Assembly: GCF_020745735.1 (NCBI RefSeq) | Contig: NC_083426.1 | Coordinates: 39,308,001-39,372,000 of the forward strand | DNA length: 64,000 nt | Reading direction: 5' to 3' | DNA from: Hemiscyllium ocellatum | Taxonomy: Eukaryota | Shown here: in pieces, positions 49,401 to 58,400 of the stretch | How positions within the stretch are numbered: the stretch's first letter is position 1 | How the letters are laid out: the number at the start of each line of letters is the position of its first letter | The notes under the pieces: model-generated | The model's input: the letters and a program-made list of their open reading frames with translations, nothing else | The model's database searches: none | What the model was told of the DNA's origin: nothing | Program-made: the position numbers and the translations under genes

Positions 49401-52400
49401 ATTGCATCTTAGTGCCTGATATTCTCATCCAACAAGCTAGAAAACCAAATCTTGAATACACACTCCTGCCATATCCAAAACATGCACAGCTGCCCAGATT
49501 ATAACAGTAATGTCATAGCACTGATCAATTTAAAAGATTTCCAAAAGCATAACGCTACAATTGAGATCTGTAACAAAAAGAGAAGCAGATCCAAAATATT
49601 CAGCAAGTTTGGCAAAACCTGTGCAAAAAGAAAGAGTTTCAGCTTGTGACATTTCATCAGAACTGCATTTAAAACGTTCTGTTCCTTTTGCACAAATAGT
49701 TACTGAACGTAGCCATCAAAACTAAATGACGTAAGATTAAAGTAGTAAACTGAAACGTTGACTTATTTGGCTTAATTAAGCATTAATGCTCAACATAATT
49801 TTCCTTAATATCTCAAGTTGCAAGTATGCTCAAACATTTGTCTCCTGTAGATGTAAATTAAAAGGTATTTTTGCAAGAACTGTTCCAGAGTAATAACTGT
49901 TATCACAAAGTTGATCATTAGAACGTATATGTGTGCAGCATCGTTTGCTTTGTATCCTAACACCGATTTTAAGGTGACTGAATTGGAATTGTATCGTGAG
50001 TCTTACCGGTCGGGTAGGTGGTGAAGAACAGTTGCATAGTAATTTTCTTTGCTCCTAGGGAAACTTGCCATCCAGCCTGACAAGAAATCGCCACCAGAAA
50101 ACAAATATGCCAAAAAGCTTGGTTTGATTGCAGGTGGATCTGGTAGGTACTGCATTTTGTTGAAAACAGTATTAAAGTTAAATATTGAAAGTTAGGGAAT
50201 AACACATCCTGTGGAGGAACAGAGAAGCAAACTTAAAATGTTAGAAATCACTTGGATAGTCAATTACAAATTTATTTGGATGCTCTACTAATCTTACTGC
50301 TTTTATTCTGAAGGTATTACTCCAATGCTGCAGTTAATTCGTGCCATAATGAAGGATAATGAAGACCCAACTATGTGCTATTTACTTTTTGCAAACCAAG
50401 TGAGTAGACTGACATTTTAATTGTCCTGAGGCAATCTAAAATGAAACTAATCAATTAAAGACACTGTAATGGGAGCGTATGAAAGAGTTTCTATAAGTAA
50501 AACATTTCAGGATATCCTGGTACAGAGTAGGGAAGTGGGCCAGTCATTTTTTGCGCAGTACAATGTTTTGGTTTAAAATCTGATTGAAGATTTGTAGCTC
50601 GGGTATCCGTTGTTGTGGTTCTGCTCGCCGAGCTGGAAGTTTTTGCTGCAAACGTTTCGTTCCCTGGCTAGGGAACGTCATCAGTGCTGTTGGAGCCTCG
50701 TGTGAAGCGCTGCTTTGATGTTTCTTCCGGTATTTATATTGGATTGTTCTTGCCGCTTCCGGGTGTCAGTTTCAGCTGTAGTGGTTTGTATGTGGGGTCC
50801 AGGTCAATGTGACATTGACCTGGACACCATATACAAACCACTACAGCTGAAACTGACACCCGGAAACGGCAAGAACATCCATCAACACGACACATCGACC
50901 TGGACCCCACATACAAATCACTGCAGCTGAAACTGACACCCGGAAGCGGCAAGAACAAACCAATATAAATACCGGAAGAAACATCAAAGCAGCGCTTCAC
51001 ACGAGGCTCCAACAGCACTGATGATGTTCCCTAGCCAGGGAACGAAACGTTTGCAGCAAAAACTTCCAGCTCGGCGAGCAGAACCACAATGTTTTGGTGT
51101 TGGTTGAAGGATAAATATTGAACATAAAAATAGGAGCAGAGTAGGTCACTTGGGCCATCAAGCGTGCTCTGCCATTCAATAAAATTGTGGCTAATATGAC
51201 TGACTTCACTTTCCCAACTACCTCCAATAACTTTTGATCCCAGCCAATAGAACAATAGTGAACTCTGATACCAGAATGAAATCTGCCCTGATTTTTGTAT
51301 CTTTATAAATGGTGAAACATAGAGCAACACAGCGCAAAACAGGCCCTTTGGCCCTCAATGCTGTGCTGACCTGTGAACTAATCTAAGCCCATCCCCCTAC
51401 ATTATCCCATTATCATCCATATGCTTATCCAAGGACTGTTTAAATGCCCCTAATGTGGCTGAGTTAATTACATTGGCAGGCAGGGCATTCCCCACCCATA
51501 CCACTCTGAGTAAAGAACCTGCCTGTGACATCTGTCTTAAATCTATCACCCCTCAATTTGCAGCTATGCCCACTCGTACAAGCTGACATCATCCTAGTAA
51601 GAAGAACTCTCACTGTCCACAGTATCTAATCCTCTGACCATCTTGTATGTCTCTATTAAAACCCCTCTTAACCACCTACTCTCCAATGAGAACAGACCCA
51701 AGTACCTCAGCCTTTCCTCATAAGACCTTTGCTCCAGACCAGGCAACATCCTGGTAAATGTCCTCTGCACCTTTTCCAATGCCTCCACATCCTTTCTGGA
51801 ATGGGGTGACCAGTGAGGCCGCACTAGCGTTTTGTACAGTTGCAGCATGACGTCACAGCTCTGGAACTTGATCCCTCTACCAATAAAACCTAACATGGTG
51901 CTGTTAAGGCATACAATATCAAACTGGGTGGCAACTTTCAGTGATCTATATACATGGACTCCCAAGAACCCTCTGCACATCCATACTCTCAAGAATCTTT
52001 TCATTGACCCAGTATTCTGCCTTATATATACTCCTGACATAGTCTCTCAGTTTTTTCAAGAACAGAAGCTCATTACACGCTTGATGAAAAGAAAAATCTA
52101 CCTAGTTTTAGAGCATGATTAGAACAATATTTGTAAATCTTAACATTGAAACTTTATTTTTCTCCATATTCCCCAACACCACTTTACAGCAGCTCAAACT
52201 AAAGAAATTACCTTTCCAGATCAAATCTTAAGTTCATAACTTATCCTTCCTGCCGCTCTCCTGTGAACTGAAGTCATCTTTCATAAATACAAACTTCCTC
52301 CGCTTTTCACAACTTGCAGATTCCTAGCCAAACACTCTGGAATTCAGCTTTCACAAATTAAGCTTCTCTACTGATAATGCATCCTGAACTGGTCAGTAAT

Positions 52401-55400
52401 TTTTCTTCTAGAAAGGAAACTTTATTTGCTTTTGACCCCAGTCAGGTTGTCTCAGAACTGCCTAAAACATCCTATTCATGGGTTTTCTAAACTACATCAA
52501 TCCTTGATTTGTTCTGAACTAAAAGCAAGCAAATAGCTTTCAATGTTTACACTCCCTGTTTTTTAAATTTAAGACAGTTTTTAAAAAAAGGTTCCCTTCA
52601 TACTCCAGGCATCCCTGCTGTCTGACATGTACTGGATTAAGTCACTGTTCTGGAAAGATTATCTAGCCTAATCTTTCCTTGAACCTCTCCAAAGAAACCA
52701 ACTCATTTACCATTTTTAGACTTTCAGTTTTAAATACATAAAAATCAGCCGTCCTTCATCGCACCTTTCATAGAGCGATAGAGTCATACAGTCCTACAGC
52801 ACAAAGACAGGCCTTTTAGCCCAAACTGGTCCATACCTATCAAGATGTCTATCTACTGTTTCCCTGCATTTTGACCCATATCCTTCTGATCCTTTCCTAT
52901 CCATGTATTTGTCCAAATACCTTTTAAATGTTAATGTTACCTGCCTCAACCACCTCTGCTAGCAGTTCATTCCATGTAAATACCACCCCCTCTTTTTTTT
53001 AAGAAAAGTTGCCCCTCCAATCCCTTTTATTCTCTCCCCTCTAACCTTAAACTGATACTCTCAAGTCCTCGATTCCTCAACCCTGGGAAAAAAGCCTGAG
53101 TGCATTCACTCTATCCCCACCCCTCATGATCTTTGTATACAGTTATAAGATTTCTCCCTCCACCAGCTCAACTCCGTCTCCTAAGCTCTAAAGAAAGAAG
53201 TTCTAGCTTGTCCAACCTTCCCCTATAAACTCAGACCGTTGAGTCCTGACAACATCCTTATAAATTTCTTCTGCACTCTTTCCAACTTAATAACATCCTT
53301 CCTATAGCAAGGTGACCAAAACTGAACATACACTGTAGATACGGCCTCACCCAACATCATGTACAACTGCAACGTAACTTCCCAATTTCTATACTCCGTA
53401 CCCTGACTGATGAAGGCCATTGTGTCAAAGCCGCCTTCACTGCCCTATCTGTGACTCCACTTTCAGAGAACCGTGCACTGAAATCCAAGGTTCCTCTGTT
53501 CCACTAAGGCCCTACCATTCACCATAAAACTCCTACCTTGATTTGAGTTTCCAAAATGTAAGATCTCAAATTTATCTATATTTAACTCCATTTCTCAGTC
53601 CACTTCCCCAGCTGATCAAGGTTCCTGCTAGAATTTCTGAACCTTCCTCACTGTTCATGTCACTGCCTATTTTAGTGTCATCTGCAAATGTACTAATCAT
53701 GCCTTGTAAGTTCTCATCCAAATCATTATCGATCACAAACAGCAATGGAGCCAGCACCGACCCCTGAAGCACTCCACTACACTCAGGCCTCCAGTCCAAC
53801 AAGCATCCTTCCACTACTATTCTCTGCTTCCTACTATCAAGCCAATTGTGTATCCAATTTGCCAGCTCCCCCTAGATTACATGAAATCTAACCTTCCAGA
53901 GCAATCTTGTGGAACCTTATGCAAGGCCTTTCTAAAATCCATATGAACTAATCTGCATCCCTGCCCTCATCAACCTTCCTAGACATTTTAAAGAACACAA
54001 AATTGTTAATCTCCCACACATAAAGCCATGCTGACTACACCACAGGCACTGGTGTCACCAACCCAAGGAATCCTAAACTCATATATAGGAAGCAGGCTAC
54101 ACCAGCAGTGCTTCATCCAGAGGCTTACTGATGTTACCCAGTATGGTGACAAAACATCTGAAAATGAACCTTCTAGCTCAGTAAGCAAAACCTACATCCA
54201 GAACCTCAACCTGAACTACAAATCTTAAAACTCACTAACTCCTAATCAAACCCTGTCTTTTCAAATGCATATATATCTCATTTCAATCTTCTCAAGTAAC
54301 CTAACTACCTCGGATATTAGGCTTATTGGTCTACAGTTCCCAGGTTTTTCTTTGCAGTCCTTCTTGAATAAGGGCACAACCCTCCAATCTTCCTGGACCT
54401 CATTCATATCTAATGACGCCAGAACCCCCACAATTTCCTCTTCCAGTTTCCTTGGTTATATCTGGATGTAGGTTCGCTCACTGAGCGGAAAGGTTCATTT
54501 TCAGACGTTTTGTAACCTTACTAGGTAATATCTTCAGTGAGCCTCTGAACGAAGCACTGGTGGTGTAGCCTGCTTTCTATTTGAGTTTCCTAGGGTTGGT
54601 GATGTCATTTCCTGTTTTTTTCCTCGGGGTGGTAAATGGGATCCAAGTCGGTGTTTGTTGAGAGTTCTGGTTGGAATGCCATGCTTCTAGGAATTCTTGT
54701 GCGTGTCTGTTTGGCTTGTCCTAGAATGGATGTGTTGTCCTAGTCAAAGTGGTGTCCTTCCTCATTCATGTGTAAGAATACCAGTAGAGTGGGTCATGTC
54801 GTTTTGTGGCTAGTTGATGTTCATGTATCCTAGTGGCTAGTTTTCTGCCAGTTTGTTACAGTTGTTGCAAGGTATTTTGTAAATAACATTAGTTTTGCTT
54901 GCTCTCTGTATAGAGAGTTAGCTGCTGTTTTAGTGTGTTGGTGGGTTTGTGGGCTACTATGATGCCAAGGGGTCACTGAAGATGTTATTGAAGTATGGTG
55001 ACAAAACATCTGAAAACAAACCTTCCAACTTTGTGAAGACCAGAATCTCAACCTGAGCTACGAGTCTTCAAAAAATCTCACTTGGATGTATCTGGTTTGG
55101 ACCAGGAGATGTATCCATTTTTGTGTACATTAATACATCCTACACCACCTCTACTGTGATATGGACTGTTCCCAAAATAATGAGCATTAACTTCCACAAG
55201 TCGTCTTGTCTTCTTCCATGGTAAACACAAAGAAATATTCATTGTGTACCTCCCTCATCTCCTGCGGTTTTAGATATGTCAGCTTGAGGGGTCCTATACT
55301 CTCTAGTTCTTTTTCCTTTAATATACTTAGAGGACCTCTTTGGATTTACCCTAATCTTCTCAGCCAAGGCTATCTCGTGCTCCCTTTTTGCCCTCCTGAT

Positions 55401-58400
55401 TTCCTCCTTCAGTAAACTCCTGTATTCCCTATATACCTCCCAGGGATTCCCTTGATCCCAGCTGCCTGTAGTTGAGCCATGCCTCCTTTTAGTTTTTTCT
55501 AGCCTCAATATGGTTTGTCATATGGGGTTCCCTATTCCTGCCAACCTTGCCCTTCATCCCAACAGGAATGTACAGACCTGAATTTTAGCTATCGCACTTG
55601 TAAAGGCGTCCTACTTGCTGGAGGTCCCATTGCCTGCAAACAAACTACTCCAATCAACTCCTGCAAGCTCCTGTCTAATTGCATCAGAATTTGCCTTGCC
55701 CTAATTTAGAACCTGAAACTGTGGACCAGTTTTGTCCCTCTCCATAACTCATTTAAAATGAATAGAAAAATGGTCAGTGGTTCCAAATTGCTCCCCTACT
55801 ATTGCCTCAGTCACCTGTCCTATCTTATTTCCCACATGTAGGTGGAGTTTTGCCCCTTCCCTCTATAGGCTGCTTAAGGAAACTTTTCTGAAGGCACTTA
55901 ACAAATTCCATCCTATCTAAGCCCTTAACACTATGGAAGTTCCAGTCTGTTAGGAAAATTAAAATTCCCTACTATGACAACCCTATTGTTCCTGCAAGTC
56001 TGCCCAGTCTCCACATTTCTGTTGGCTGTTTGTTTGGGGGCTTATAGTCCAACCCCAAGAACTTCACCATCCCTTTCTCATTTAGCTCCACCCACGAAGC
56101 CTCACTGAGTGATCCTTTTAATTATTTCATCTGATTACTGCTGAGATACTCCGCTTTTAAACACAAAAGCAACTTGTCTCTCTTCTCTCCACAACCTCTG
56201 TCCACGTAAAGCACCTGTACCCTGGCACTTGAAGCTGCCAGTCCTGTCCCTCCTTTAGCCATGTTTCTGTAATGGCTATAATAATCCCAGTCTCATACCT
56301 ATCCATGCCCTGAGTTCATCAGCCTTACCTGTCAGCTGTCTTGTGTTGAAATAGATGCAATTTGATCCAACACGGCTCTTTCACCCCCCTTTTTCAAAAA
56401 CTTATCTACTTCTGCCTTAATATTCAAAGACTCTGCTTCCACCAAAAAGTCAACTGAGTAGAGGATTTCCTTATCTTTGTTTTAAATGGGCAACTCTTAC
56501 TTTTAAACAGTGATCTCCCTTAATCCACGGTTATCCCATAAAAGGAAATATCCTTTCATCATCTGCTCTGTCCAGACCCCTCAGGATCTTTTGAGTTCAG
56601 TCAACACTTGCACATGCGTTTTAGGTATTTTACAAGCATCCAAGAGAGCAGGTGGGCAGGCAGGATTTTGTCTCAGTTTCATGGCACCTTCAATACAGCT
56701 ATCAAGCCAGCCTGGAATAAGGGTTGAATTCCTAGCTTTCTGACTCGGGTGAGAGACATAGCTGATCTTCATACAAAGTCTTTTATAAAATTTGAATTAC
56801 ACTGTCTTAAAGGTAGTATGATGTACTGCCTATGAACAGTTGGAAAATTTTGCAATCATTGGTACTTACGATTCTGGTGGACCTAGTTTTAGTGGAACAA
56901 AATGGCCATATTTCCATGCATCAAGTGGAATATTTCTCCTTTGTTTAGACTAGCCGCAATAAAAGAAAATCTAGCCCTTACAGCGTAGTCACTTTCTACT
57001 GAATTGTACTAAGTAGTAAATTGGATGAAGACTAACCAAAACAATATTAGGCATAAACTGGGGAATGTAGATTGAGGACAGCAATTTGAGGGTAAATCCA
57101 CATCCTTTCATGTGGCAATGTTTTGTGAAGCCTGTTGAACTTTAGTTCAGTACAAACAGTTTCCTGTGAAAATGAAGGATAAGGGAAGATTTGGGAACCT
57201 TCGATGAAAGGAGAAATTGTGACCTTAGTCAAAAAGGAAAGCGGTAAACATAGCATTTGGAAAATGAAAACTGAGTCCTCAAATACAAATAGGAAGTAAC
57301 TAAGCATGGAGTCAGGACTAGAAGAGGCCATGAAATATCCTTGGCAAATGGTTTAAGGGAAATCCTGGGCATTTTATACACAAGGAGCAAGAACGTATCA
57401 AGGGAAAGGGCACTCAAAACACAGGAAATTTGTGTGGAGCCAGGGGAAGTAGGTGAGGTCCTTAATGAATTTATTTTAAAAATACAAGGACCTAGTGGGA
57501 TGGTGAATCTAGAGAGAGGTGTTGATATTCTAGGGCATGTAAATATGATAAAGGAGGTGGTGTTAGGCGTTTTTAAAAAGCGTTAAGGTAAACCAGTTTG
57601 CATGAGGCTGATGGGATCTATCCCCAAATACTGAGGAAGGTGAGGGAGGAGTTTGCTGGGACCTTGTATGAAATCTTTGTATTCACTTTGGCAATTCTCC
57701 AATCCTGTGACCTCACCTAATGTTGTTCCTTTGCTTAAGAAAGAAATTGACCCAAGGCTCACCAGCTTGTAGTGGTAGTGAAGTGATTGGAAAAAATTCT
57801 TATGGACAGGATTTATTTACATTTTGGAAAAATATGGAATTATTAGCTGTTCGGCAGCATGGCTATATCTCTCAAACTTGATTGAGGTTTTTTAAGTGGC
57901 AAAGATGATTTGGGGCAAGTTGTCTGCATGGACTTTAGCAAGGCCTTTAACAAGGTTCCTCATGGCAGGCTGATACAAAAGGTGAAGTCACACAGGACCC
58001 ATGGTGAGCTGGTAAGATTGTTACAGAATGGGCTACTTATAAAAGACAGTAGCGGTGAAAGGGTGTTTTTCGACTGGAGATCTACAACCAATCTGGGACT
58101 CTATTTATTTGCATATATATATATTTGGGAGGGGAAGGTAAATAGTCTGAGTAAGTTTGCAGACAACACAAAAAGATTAGGGAGCAGGATTGCCAGAGGA
58201 AACAGCAAATGGAGTTTAATCCAGCCAAATATAAGGTGATGCATGATGTAAGGAAGATCAAATGCAGAAGGAAAGTATATAGTAAATAACAGAACCCTTG
58301 GAAGCATTAACGTAGAGGGATCTGGATGTGCAAGTTGACTTCCTGGAGAGTGGCAACAAGTGGATATGGTGGTCAAAAAGTATGCTTACCTTCATTGGTC

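Larger units (their letters stand above)
50573..51089. mobile_element. young PLE-derived fold-back element with two intact hammerhead cores, 13-bp TSD
   Basis: Arms 50613-50810 and 50892-51089 (~5 mismatches in 198); tail 50573-50612; TSD ACAATGTTTTGGT at 50560-72 and 51086-98; carries the PLE ORF end HIDLDPTYK. Confidence 0.92.
52770..56370 (-). mobile_element. degraded CR1 ORF2 with two nested PLE insertions
   Basis: [14 protein letters not shown]...FADDTKI; [20 protein letters not shown]; interrupted at ~54036-54240 and 54466-55080. Confidence 0.85.

Noticed and set aside
50715-51018. Mirror ORFs with repeated [10 protein letters not shown] / [10 protein letters not shown]
   Set aside because: Produced by the fold-back and internal duplication of a PLE end.
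52020-52770. Possible LTR-like block between two CR1 pieces
   Set aside because: Could not define termini or a TSD by eye.
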